A DNA stretch of 63,394 nucleotides, the filler included, from Octopus bimaculoides (taxonomy: Eukaryota): assembly GCF_001194135.2 (NCBI RefSeq). It is 9 parts of 7 records of this genome, joined end to end, with 100 filler letters (N's around TTAATTAATTAA, not from the genome) between each part and the next. Parts side by side here need not be neighbours in the genome. Positions count along the whole stretch, not along the records: positions 48,068 to 54,013 come from NC_068987.1; positions 54,114 to 56,113 come from NC_068987.1; positions 56,214 to 58,140 come from NW_026358470.1; positions 58,241 to 63,394 come from NC_068996.1; 5 more parts are not named here. One strand, 5' to 3'. The translations under genes were made by a program, and so were the position numbers. Within the stretch, counting starts at the first letter, position 1, and every line of letters begins with the position of its first letter. Of this stretch, positions 51,796-63,394 are shown in pieces. The notes under the pieces are model-generated. The model was not told the origin of the DNA and searched no databases. It saw nothing but the letters and a program-made list of their open reading frames with translations.

Positions 51796-52488
51796 ATAAT
51801 TATTATTATTATTATTTCTAACTTTCTGTACACACAAGCAATATCTTACACTTAAATACTTCAAAGGAGAGTCACCATCTGTGACGTTAATCCCACCAAG
51901 ATATCCCCTTTCCTGAATGCAAAATCTGAACACACATAGCACACAAATTCCACACATAGAAGAAATATGCCCCAATAATGAACTACCTCAGCACAGAAGT
52001 ATATGACTACCACACCCAGAACAAAAACAAAGTAATGCAAACAAATTGACCACACAGCAGTTTGCCCAAAAGACAAATCCAAGGGAGACAAACATTCAAA
52101 GGCTGTCATCCATGAGTAACAACCCTTGATTTATTGTTTGATTCATGAGAATTCACAAGAATCTCTGCAACGTAAATGAGACTGTATTTTCCAAAATGTG
52201 GCTTGAAAAAATTGTTAGACACAAGGATATATTCCTACTTTTCTTAACATCAAACCAATGGTAGCCTTAATTCACAAATAAAGAAATCATATCCACCAAT
52301 GCAGTGTTGTGCACTCATTTTCCATCGTTTGACATTTACTCACACACATATGCACATATGTATATATATATATGAACATATGAATTATGCAATAGGAGCT
52401 GCTCTGGAGTAAAAACATTATCTGCATTGTGTTGTTGAATAACTGCAGTTCCTGGTTTTTCAATGACATACATGTTAGAAATCATCAT

Positions 52489-52830
52489 CATCATTATCAT
52501 CTTTGTTTAACGTCCGCTTTCCATGCTAGCATGGGTTGGACGATTTGACTGAGAACTGGCAAGCCAGGAGGCTGCACCAGGTTCCAATCTGATCTGGCAG
52601 AGTTTCTACAGCTAGATGCCCTTCCTAACGCCAACCACTCCGAGAGTGTAGTGGGTGTTTTTACGTGCCACTGGCACGAGGGCCAGTCACATGGTACTGG
52701 CAATGACCACACTCAAAAAGGTGTTTTTTTACGTGCCACCTGCACAGGAGCTAGTCCAGTGGCACTGGCAACGACCTCGATCAAATGATTTTCTAACATG
52801 TCACCAGCACAAGTGCTAGAAAGCGATGCT
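52489..52830 (-). mobile_element. RTE-type 3' end element with (GAT)n tail
   Basis: Reverse strand TGGCGTTAGGAAGGGCATCTAGC...GCGGACGTTAAACAAAGATGAT; internal GTGCCAC repeats. Confidence 0.55.
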
Positions 52831-53306
52831 GAAATGTTTTATATAAACACACATACACAAGTATATATGAAGCCACAAGCATACAGGTGCAAAACAAGGT
52901 GGAAAGGTAGTACTTGATTACCAAAGGCAAAGTAAATTAGCTTTACTGGAGCTGAAGACTTCACAAACTATTACATAGAGTTTCATGTAATCAATCGGTT
53001 ATGTGAAACTGTATGTGACAATTTATGAAGTCTTTACAGTTTCAATAAAATATTATATGTATGAATGCAGCTATTTTGGGGGAATGCCCAGAAGAACTTT
53101 AGTTGATCTAATCGACTCTGGTACTTATTTTCTTTTTATGCCTGTGTTTTTTTGCTGAACTGCTAAGTTACAGGGATGTAGATACACCAATACCAGTTGT
53201 CAAGAGGTGGTGGGGAATAAGCACAAACACAAAGACACACACACACACACACAAATGCACATGAACACACATCTTATTACACTTGTTAGTTATCAAATTT
53301 TTATGC

Positions 53307-53568
53307 ACTAAGTTGGCTAGCAACATATGGGGTTTGAAGATCAACTGTACACCACATACAATCAAGTGGAAAATTGTAGAGAAATCCATGCTATAAGCAA
53401 ATGGATCTAAGAAATGCAACTTATGCATAACTGAAAGACTGAACATTTCTTTTTAGATCTAAGTACTCCACCACACTACTTAATTCCAGATCCAACATTT
53501 TTGGCAAATGTAAGCATGTGGACAAATTTCCTTTGACAAGCTGGAGGACACTGCCCTCTCCAAACTGA
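53307..53568 (+). pseudogene. PLE GIY-YIG endonuclease C-terminal remnant
   Basis: TKLASNIWGLKINCTPY / IKWKIVEKSML*ANGSKKCNLCITERLNI / TLLNSRSNIFGKCKHVDKF across two frameshifts and stops. Confidence 0.75.
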
Positions 53569-53960
53569 GCAGCTGCCTTGCGGACTTTGGACCACTCTCT
53601 ATTGCATTATTCTTCAACAAGTACTTAAATTATGACTTCTACAGTCAAAGGGGATATAACTTAAATTGTCTTTCTTTTCTTTTTCTGTTTTTATTCGCCT
53701 TTCCACTTTTTGCATCAACATTCTCCTCATTTTATCTCACGGTTCTCATATACCTGTGTCCTGATTTTCAAATACAGCAGATCATGTGCTCAAAGCCCAG
53801 TGATTGCTTGGAGACACAAGGTGCATTATTAGAACATGTCTCACTGTGTGCTCTCACAGCTAGAAACTATCAGTAACTCTTTTCTTTATATTGTGCACAT
53901 TAACTGATATTTATATATATTTATGATTGAATGATTTAAATATATTTTTGAGTAAATGAT

Positions 53961-54013
<53 letters not shown>

Positions 54014-54113
54014 NNNNNNNNNNNNNNNNNNNNNNNNNNNNNNNNNNNNNNNNNNNNTTAATTAATTAANNNNNNNNNNNNNNNNNNNNNNNNNNNNNNN
54101 NNNNNNNNNNNNN
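54014..54113. other. Artificial scaffold linker
   Basis: N44-TTAATTAATTAA-N44. Confidence 0.95.
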
Positions 54114-54519
54114 CTCTCGCCTTCTGTCTCACTCTCGCTCTTTCGCTTTCTCATTAAAGACAACTAATACTATTTTTGTAAAGAGTGCATGCATATGAAG
54201 ACACGGGTATAGGTACAGATATGACTGTGTGATAACAAGGTTACTTCCCAACCACATGTAATTTCTAGTTCAGACACTCTATATGGCAACATAGGCAAGT
54301 TTGTTCTGCCACAACTTGAAACCAATCAACGTAAGTGGATTTTGTTGACGGAAACTGAAAGAAGCCATTTCAGCACAGGCACACAGACACACAGACACAC
54401 ACGCAGACAGACACACAGACATACAGGCACAGAGACACACAAAGACACACACACACACACTCAAACACAGAGACGCACACACACACAAACACACACACAC
54501 ACGCGCACACACGCACGCA

Positions 54520-54572
<53 letters not shown>

Positions 54573-54723
54573 CTAGCAGAAACTAGTAAGTTACTCAAAG
54601 CTTTCCTCATGAAAACGGAATGTGTATAAAAGGAGTTTGAGTAGTACGTCAATTGAATCATCGAATGTTTTATATATATCTTCACATAACAGCAAACAGA
54701 CATAAGTATAAGCACACCCACAA

Positions 54724-54764
<41 letters not shown>

Positions 54765-55749
54765 CATGTATAATATACATATGTGTTCAACACTTTTATT
54801 GATAAAGCAACAACGTATGAGCCTTGTTATTAAACCCTTTAGTCAAAGATATCGTCATATCTTGAGGTGAACAGATATATAGGGAGGAAAAGATTCAACG
54901 TGGTAGATAATGAAAGATAGTGGCACGGGCAGATAGGTAGCAACAGAAAAATGAAAGGAATATAAGTCTTACTACTTCAGTAGAGATATGTTTATTGTTA
55001 AATATTTTTATTTGATAAACCTGATTAAAACATATTCTATACTTGTTTTCAGGTTTCATTATTTGCTTCCTCACGACAATGTAGATTATAAATGTGTGCT
55101 GTGTTTTTTAATTCATGGATATACAGAAAATAACATAAAGAAAAAAAAAAGAAATTTGATTTATTGATACAGCCTGAAAAAGAAAATAGAATCCCATTTA
55201 TCATGCATTAATAAAATACACTTTTATTTATCTCTCACATTGTTTCTCTGCCCTTCTCTTTCTTTCTTTTTCTTTCCTTCTTTATTTCTTTCTTTCTTTC
55301 ATTCTTTCTTTCTTTCATTCTTTCTTTCTTTCTTTCTTTCTCCCCCCTCTCTCTCTCTTTCTTTTCTCTCTCTCTACTCTCGACTTTCATGCATGGCACA
55401 CGCAGGAACACATACCTAGAATCCGCAGGACGTCCTTTTAATTTTCATTGTTCCACAAAATGTCAAAATGGTAGATTAAATACAAATAAAAATATTCCCC
55501 CGAATGATGCAAACGTTTACTTCCTAACACTTGAAGTTCATGTATTGTATCTCTACATCGTATACAGTTAATGTCATAACAATCAAAACACAACAGGAAA
55601 TAAGCATGTAAAATCTGAAAAACAAAACTCGTGTGCTTGTCGGGTTTATAAAATAATCTTAAAGAAATTACCTGAATATGCATATGTACATGTACATATA
55701 CACATACGCAAATATAAATATGCACATATGTAGGTATGGGCAGATATGT

Positions 55750-55796
<47 letters not shown>

Positions 55797-56113
55797 AACA
55801 CACATACACACACACATTCGTGCGCGATTGTGTGTTGTATTACGTGACGAGAATGAAATAGAGTTAATTTCAAAAGACCAATAAAAAAACTCTTCTTTGG
55901 TTGAAAATTCGTCGAGTAGCAATATCAGAGTGTAAGGGAATAATTTTAGAATTTACGAGAAAATAGAATCGTCTATTGTTTGAAAAACAAAACGAGACGA
56001 AAATAATAATAGCCCAATGGTAAACAGGACACATTTTATAAGTTATGCAAAAGAAAAAAGAAAAATAAAGGAAAATGATTCCTAATGCTATTTTAGTTCG
56101 GGGTTAAAGCGGT

Positions 56114-56213
56114 NNNNNNNNNNNNNNNNNNNNNNNNNNNNNNNNNNNNNNNNNNNNTTAATTAATTAANNNNNNNNNNNNNNNNNNNNNNNNNNNNNNN
56201 NNNNNNNNNNNNN
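56114..56213. other. Artificial scaffold linker
   Basis: N44-TTAATTAATTAA-N44. Confidence 0.95.
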
Positions 56214-56670
56214 TTCTTCTTCTTCTTCTTCTTCTTCTTCTTCTTCTTCTTCTTTTCCTTCCTGCTCCTCATTCTTTTCCTTCTTCTTCTCCTTCTTCTC
56301 CTTCTTCTTCTTCTTCTTTTTCTTCTTCGTCTTCTTCTTCTTCTTCTTTTCTTCTTCTCCTTCTTCCTCCTCATTCCTTTCCTTCTTCTTCTTCTTCTTC
56401 TCCTTCTTCCTCTTCTTCTTCTCCCTCTTCTTCGTCGTCTTCTTCTTCTTCTTCTTCTTCTTCTTCTTCTTCTTCTTCTTCTCCCTCTTCTTCTTCCTCT
56501 TCTTCCTCTTTTTTTCTTCTTTTTCTTCTTCTTCTTCTTCTTCTTTTTCTTCTTCTTCTTCTTCTTCTTCTTCTTCTTCTTCTTCTTCTTCTTCTTCTTC
56601 TTCTTCTTCTTTTCTTCTTCTTCTTCTTCTTCTTCTTCTTCTTCTTCTTCTTCTTCTTCTTCTTCTTCTC
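56214..56670. repeat. ~457-bp (CTT)n-based homopyrimidine tract
   Basis: Direct reading; only a few purine interruptions. Confidence 0.95.
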
Positions 56671-57772
56671 TACCCTCTGATCGAACTCGATTGAGTATAC
56701 ATGGAGTCAGATCAAAGGAACTCCAGTCATAGCCATCCTATATTATGAGCCACTTTATCTTTTCTTTTAAGGACCATATTATCCAGAGTTCTTTCCATTC
56801 CCAACACGTTATGCCATGTTTTAAGATAAATTTGGCAACTATTTCTAGCAGGTCAACAACCACATACAGGTTCACGCATTGTTTAGGTGGTTGGCTGTGA
56901 TAGAGGCTGTGGTGGTGTTGGTGGTATTGGTGATGGTGGTGGTAGTGGTTGTGGTGGTAATAGTCATAAGGTGGTGGTAGTCATGGTGCGTGTGTTTGTG
57001 ATAGTGATGGTGGTAGTGTTAGTGGTAGTAATTGAGGTGGTGGTGGTGGTGGTGGTGGTCGTAGTATTGGTAGTCGTGATGATGGGCTATGTGGTGGTGA
57101 CGGTGGTAGTGGTGGTGATGGCGGTAGTGGTGGTGGTAGTGTTGGTGGTGGTGGTAGTGGTGGTGATGTTGGTAGTGGTGGTGGTGCTGTTGGTGATGGT
57201 GGTGGTGGTGGTTGTGCAGGTGGTGTTGGTGCTAGTGGTGATGGTGGTGGTGGTTGTTTTTTTTTTTCGGGTTCGTTCCAGAATGTGTTGTTCCACTTAT
57301 TGTTCTACATTTTTCTTTCTATCCACGAAACAACAGCAGCAATTGACAACAATGAGATTCTCAACGAAAACAAAAACAGCAAAGAAAAATAAACAAAGCA
57401 AAACCATTGAAGATGGTAAATATATCCAAGACACTTAGAACTTCACTTGAGAACGCAATGAAAGCAGAGAACGAAAATAAGGTAACCAAATAATACCACC
57501 ACCTCTACCACCACCACCACCACCAAACCACCACCACCACCACCAACAACAACATGATAATGAAAGTTCTTTCTCCTATAGGCACAAGGCCTGAAATTTT
57601 GGGGGAGGAATCTAGTCGATAGCATTGACCTCAGTACATGACTGGTACTTACTTTATCGAACCCCTTCGACCACGAAAGGATGAAAGGCAAAGTCGACGT
57701 TGGTGGGATTTGAAGTTGGGACGTAAAGATGGAAGAAATGCCGTCAAGCATTGTTTTCTGCGTACTAACGTT

Positions 57773-58005
57773 TCTTATTTCTTTACTGCCCCCAAGGGGC
57801 TAAACACAGAGGGGACAAACAAGGACAGACACAGGGGTTAAGCCGATTACATCGACCCAGTGCGTAACTGGTACTTAATTTATCGACCCTGAAAGGATGA
57901 AAGGCAATGTCGACCTCGGCGGAATTTGAACTCAGAACGTAACAGTAGACGAAATACCGCTAAGCATTATCGCCCGGCCTGCTAACGACTCTGCCAGCTC
58001 GCCGC
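57773..58005 (-). mobile_element. SINE family B, near full length, CpG-intact
   Basis: Reverse complement of 22261-22494. Confidence 0.85.
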
Positions 58006-58140
58006 TTTGCTCTTTACTCTTTTACTCTTTTACTCTTTTACTTGTTTTAGTCATTTTGACTGCGGCCGTGCTGGAGCACCACCTTTAGTTGAGCAAATCG
58101 ACCCCAGAACTTATTCGTTGTAAGCCTAGTACTTATTCTA

Positions 58141-58240
58141 NNNNNNNNNNNNNNNNNNNNNNNNNNNNNNNNNNNNNNNNNNNNTTAATTAATTAANNNN
58201 NNNNNNNNNNNNNNNNNNNNNNNNNNNNNNNNNNNNNNNN
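58141..58240. other. Artificial scaffold linker
   Basis: N44-TTAATTAATTAA-N44. Confidence 0.95.
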
Positions 58241-58311
58241 GGAAGATTTGAATCAGTAGCAGATTTCTCGTCTCGAATCTGGTTCATCATTCGAGTACGT
58301 GGTCCTTTATA

Positions 58312-59640
58312 ATCCGATGTGATCATTTTCAAGTACTGAGGGTGGTTTGTGTTCCCACCAGTTTTTATCATGGGGCAAGTCCAGGTTTTTGCATATTAAC
58401 CAGTGAATATATTGTGCAACACTATCATGCCTGTTGAGATACTCTGTAGGCGCAAGAAAACTGCACAGGGAGACAACATGATCAATTGTTTCATTTTTTT
58501 TTTTTTTGATATACACGACATGTCGTTCTTTAATATGTTGGCCTGATAGTTTCTTGTAGGTAGGCATTGTTCTTGGGTTGCTATGATAAACCTTTCTGTT
58601 TCTGATTTTAAGCCAGAAGCCATTAACCATTGATGGGTAAGGGCTTTGTCAAAATCGACATTATTAGATCTCTTTGGGTATTTGCCATTGAGAGGTTTTT
58701 CTTACCATTTATCAGTAAGAGTATCTAAGGCAGCAATTTTAGCATGGGGTTTCATGCACTTAGGTTTTCCTGTACTTGTTTCTAGTTCGTCTAATTCTTG
58801 AATTTGTTGTATTTGGAATCCACTAAGATATTCCTTTTCCTGTTTTGTTACTGAGTATGATGCTTTCTTGTTTTCATGTTTTGAGACAAGTTTTAGCATC
58901 CAGTCCTCAGAGTTTTTCAGGTAGGTGTCTAGGCCAATTGTGGCTACCTTCATTGTTAATTCCAGTTGTAAAAGTCCACAGCCTCCCTCTTTTCTTGGCA
59001 GATGAAATCGTTCTATATCTGCCTTAGGGTGGTGCATTCTATGCAGTGTCAACAATTTTCATATTTTTATGTCAAGATTACATATTTCAGTAATTGACCA
59101 GTTAATGATATTGAAACTGTAAGTCACGACTAGTATAGCTAAAGTATTGATCGCTTCGATCCTGTTTCTTGCATTCAGCTCTGTCTTGAGTATTGCCCTT
59201 ACCTTGCGATAACATTTTATTCAGATCCTGCCCCTCATCACTGAATGTTTGATTCTGTCCCCTTCAAATACTCCTAGATATTCATAGCTCTCCGCTGGTT
59301 CAAAATCCTTTATGGCATTCTGCTGGTCAAGGTTAACGCTTGATGTTTCTGTCATTTTTCCTTTGATAAAGGTAGCTTTTGCACATTTATCGAGACAAAA
59401 TTGCATCTTGATGTCATCACTGAATTGTTTAACAATCGCTCGTAAACCCTGTAGTTGTTGGCCATTTTTGGCAAAGAACTTTAAATCGTCCGTGTAAATG
59501 AGATGATTGATACTTTTATCAAACATTTTATAACCGTAATGTACATGATTGAGCAATTTCGATGGGGGTATTAAGGCTATACAAAAGAGTTGTGATAGAG
59601 AGTAACCCTGGAAAATGCCACATAAAATTCGGATGTCGGG
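58312..59640 (-). pseudogene. R4/Dong-clade non-LTR retrotransposon: RT and zinc-finger region, decayed
   Basis: GIFQG.SLS, HLIYTDDLK, YEYLG, HPKADIER..LPRKEGG.GL, L.SETE.FIIA.QEQ.L.TRNY, ETIDHVVSLC..LA..EY..RHD motifs; three in-frame stops and a frameshift at the poly-T near 58500. Confidence 0.9.
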
Positions 59641-59801
59641 GCGGAAACCCACGCCTGCATTTCTTCAGTTATCGAGGCATCGAAAAAAATGCATATATAT
59701 ANNNNNNNNNNNNNNNNNNNNNNNNNNNNNNNNNNNNNNNNNNNNNNNNNNNNNNNNNNNNNNNNNNNNNNNNNNNNNNNNNNNNNNNNNNNNNNNNNNN
59801 N

Positions 59802-60140
59802 AGGTACAGTGTATATTTAAATACATAAGAGGAATCCACTCATGGGATTCCGTACGCTAGGTTCTAGAACCACAAAATTAGGGATAAAATACCCAAAGGA
59901 ACGAAATGAAAAAATAAAAACTTTTGCTATTTCTTTCCTGAACCAAATTGGTTTCTGACTTATTTTAGCAATTTAAGATAATTTGGTAGGTGAAGTCGTT
60001 ATCAACAGGTACACCCAAGACTAAAATATATAAACACGATTTTATCCCTAATTTTGTGGTTCTAAAACCTACCAGTTCTTTCTAGCGTAAGGAATCCAAT
60101 GAGTGGATTTCTCTTATATATTTAAATATACACTGTACCT
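59802..60140. mobile_element. TIR MITE (339 bp) inserted in (TA)n
   Basis: ~90-100-bp TIRs AGGTACAGTG...GGGATAAAAT / ATTTTATCCC...CACTGTACCT; (TA)n on the right, (TA)n plus gap on the left. Confidence 0.75.
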
Positions 60141-63100
60141 TATATATATATATATATATATATAATGCATCTGAGATGTTGCGAGCAGCGGAGCGAACCG
60201 CTACCACCTTCAAGCGACAGGACCTACGGACCAGCCCGGTTTCGGGCTATTTCTGCTTCACTTCAGTGTTAGAGATGGCATTAGCTCGCTTCTCGTCGCA
60301 ATATATATAATTTCAAGCGACACAACAAGCTAAAATGCTAGTTCTAAAATCTCTCTCAGTGATCAACGCCGTAGTTTTACTAAAAAGTAATGTTCGTAGC
60401 CATATGGCTGTCCGTTTGAACGTACTTTACTGCGAATCCAAATTAGATTCAATGCAAAATAGAATTCAATACATTCGCGCATTTCAAAGAACAATACAGA
60501 TATGTAAAAAAAATTATAACCATAGTAATTATAATTAAATTTATGCATTGTCATTTTCATCAGTGTGAGGAATCTTTGTAAGGACATCAAAAAAAGTTTA
60601 ATAAAATAAAGTAAAATAAAATAAGATACAATAAGGGAGAGTATAAATGGGGTAATAGGGAAAAAGTCCGATATTTACAAGCAATTTGTAACAGGGGAAA
60701 ATAACAGTAATAATAATAGTAAGAGAGACGAAAGAGAAAAAAGACAGACATATCAATGTGTATGCGCGTCTATATGTGCGGTAAGCTATAACATAAATAT
60801 AAGAAATAAAAAATAACAAATAAAACAAAAGCTAACGGGTATGTTTAAAACATGGTAACAGGCCGAGACAAAGTATAATAAACAAAGCCAGGTATGTATA
60901 GTAGAATATAACGTGACAGGTGGACTAGTAGAAACAAAAACATAGTGTTATACATATACATATTGATGTTGTAAAACGAATATATATATATATAAATATA
61001 TACACACATATATTACACGAGACTAATAGGTGATAGGCAAGACTATGTTTGAAAAAAGTTACAACGTTAAAGTAAAAATGTGCAAAAATGTAGAGAGAAA
61101 ACCAAAGAGAACTAAACAAGGAAAAAACATCGATCAGACAAGACCGGCCGGTGTAATCAAGATAGTTAGCTTGCTCAAAATCTAGCCAGGGTTAGGGGAG
61201 CCAATTAGAAAAAAGTAGGAACAAAAAACAAATATATGAAGGAGAAAATTATTATAAAATTACAAGTGATAGAAAAACCGTATACACTTCACACATAAGG
61301 ATATACAGTCATACACATATACATACATAACTCATACACAACACACATATATACACACAAGAAACATGCATACACTCCCACATAAATATACAGGGGTACA
61401 AGTGTGAGGGAAGATACAAATAAACTAAAGAAGCACGTATTCACATAAGACATATATAGATATGAATAAATATATATACATATACACATATACATACACA
61501 CATACATGCAAATCTCTCTATATATACCTACATATACACACATATATATATACCCATATATATATATATATATATATATATANNNNNNNNNNNNNNNNNN
61601 NNNNNNNNNNNNNNNNNNNNNNNNNNNNNNNNNNNNNNNNNNNNNNNNNNNNNNNNNNNNNNNNNNNNNNNNNNNNNNNNNNNNNNNNNNNNNNNNNNNN
61701 NNNNNNNNNNNNNNNNNNNNNNNNNNNNNNNNNNNNNNNNNNNNNNNNNNNNNNNNNNNNNNNNNNNNNNNNNNNNNNNNNNNNNNNNNNNNNNNNNNNN
61801 NNNNNNNNNNNNNNNNNNNNNNNNNNNNNNNNNNNNNNNNNNNNNNNNNNNNNNNNNNNNNNNNNNNNNNNNNNNNNNNNNNNNNNNNNNNNNNNNNNNN
61901 NNNNNNNNNNNNNNNNNNNNNNNNNNNNNNNNNNNNNNNNNNNNNNNNNNNNNNNNNNNNNNNNNNNNNNNNNNNNNNNNNNNNNNNNNNNNNNNNNNNN
62001 NNNNNNNNNNNNNNNNNNNNNNNNNNNNNNNNNNNNNNNNNNNNNNNNNNNNNNNNNNNNNNNNNNNNNNNNNNNNNNNNNNNNNNNNNNNNNNNNNNNN
62101 NNNNNNNNNNNNNNNNNNNNNNNNNNNNNNNNNNNNNNNNNNNNNNNNNNNNNNNNNNNNNNNNNNNNNNNNNNNNNNNNNNNNNNNNNNNNNNNNNNNN
62201 NNNNNNNNNNNNNNNNNNNNNNNNNNNNNNNNNNNNNNNNNNNNNNNNNNNNNNNNNNNNNNNNNNNNNNNNNNNNNNNNNNNNNNNNNNNNNNNNNNNN
62301 NNNNNNNNNNNNNNNNNNNNNNNNNNNNNNNNNNNNNNNNNNNNNNNNNNNNNNNNNNNNNNNNNNNNNNNNNNNNATATATATATATATATGCACACAT
62401 GCACACATACATGTACAAACATAAAATACACATAACATATACACATCCACCCAAACAAAAAACGAAAAGCACAAAAATGCATGCAAAATACACCAAAGAA
62501 AAACATATATAAAAAACAGAAATACACATATATATACACAAATATACACACGTATATGCGCGCGTGTTAATGTATCCATACACAAAAATATGCATATACA
62601 GACAAGAACAAGTATGCATACATACACACCTACATATACTTGTATATACACAAGTAGACAAAAACAAAATACATTCATGTGCAAGCACTAAGACATACAA
62701 GTAAAATACGCATACATGCCTACATACGAATATATATATATACATATATGCATACATAAGTATACATACACATACATACACATAATAAATACACACACAC
62801 AAATATATACATATGTACATATATATACACATACATACACATACACACAGATGCATACATATATATATACACACGTACATATAAAAACACGAGCGCAAGT
62901 GCATAAACATACCCACACAAGCACGCATACATACATACATGCACACACAGAGAATACATGTATATACATAACCTAAGAGTGTAATATGAACTAATAAGAA
63001 AATTACAGAAGTAATCAATAAGATTATTTAAGGTTAATGAAAAGAAATTTGGACATATGTTTACAAGAGAAACTCTTTCATCTTTTGAATTTAAGATAGA

Positions 63101-63360
63101 ACCGTTCATTTTCATAATTATATAAGAGTCTTCAAAGCATAAAGGGCACGTTCTATTTTTAATCCTATATGAGGGGACAGATGAACAATATTCCAAGAAA
63201 TTGAGAAATTTATGTTGTCTCTTTTAAGTTGTCATACCTTTTTGGATAAACTAGTACTATTTTCTTTCCGAGGATCATTAAAAGATGATTTATGATTGTT
63301 CAAACGTATTTAATGAAACCCATGGAGATCAAGTGTTGTAATAGTAGCTTTATATGCAAC

Positions 63361-63394
63361 ATTTTTCATTTTACAATTACATTTAACCTCACAG
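63361..63394 (+). other. Possible 3' splice acceptor at window end
   Basis: T/C-rich run ending in CAG exactly at the last base. Confidence 0.25.

Noticed and set aside
53457-53509. Apparent 53-nt exon (TTTTTAG...GTAAGC) encoding LSTPPHYLIPDPTFLAN, reminiscent of PIN-domain proteins
   Set aside because: The same bases are better explained as a frameshifted PLE endonuclease remnant (KKCNLC...LLNSRSNIFGKCKH).
60225-60275. AGCCCG-GTTT-CGGGCT hairpin, with GAAACCGG on the minus strand
   Set aside because: Core spacing does not fit a hammerhead; a 6-bp hairpin alone is not significant.

Overview
Repeat-dominated, AT-rich eukaryotic (metazoan) genomic DNA; the SINE families and extreme microsatellite load look cephalopod (Octopus-like), which is my inference. 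The window is not one locus: eight artificial 100-bp linkers (N44-TTAATTAATTAA-N44) join nine separate scaffolds (1-9573, 9674-22736, 22837-25259, 25360-27743, 27844-47967, 48068-54013, 54114-56113, 56214-58140, 58241-63394). I recognise no intact host protein-coding gene; almost all long ORFs in the track are microsatellite or N-gap artefacts. Supported content: two initiator tRNA-Met genes (one with a G10>T variant); decayed Penelope-like (PLE) RT and endonuclease remnants; R4/Dong-type LINE fragments sitting in (TAA)n; Tc1/mariner remnants and MITEs; a Merlin-like TIR element with a 9-bp TSD; several long fold-back elements; and many SINEs. The most interesting signal is a dispersed set of minimal type-I hammerhead-ribozyme-like motifs of the PLE/retrozyme kind, one of which sits in the loop of an ~85-bp inverted repeat between the two tRNA-iMet genes. 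SINE copies also record a sharp CpG-decay contrast between parts of the window. All alignments and folds were done by eye; repeat boundaries are approximate.
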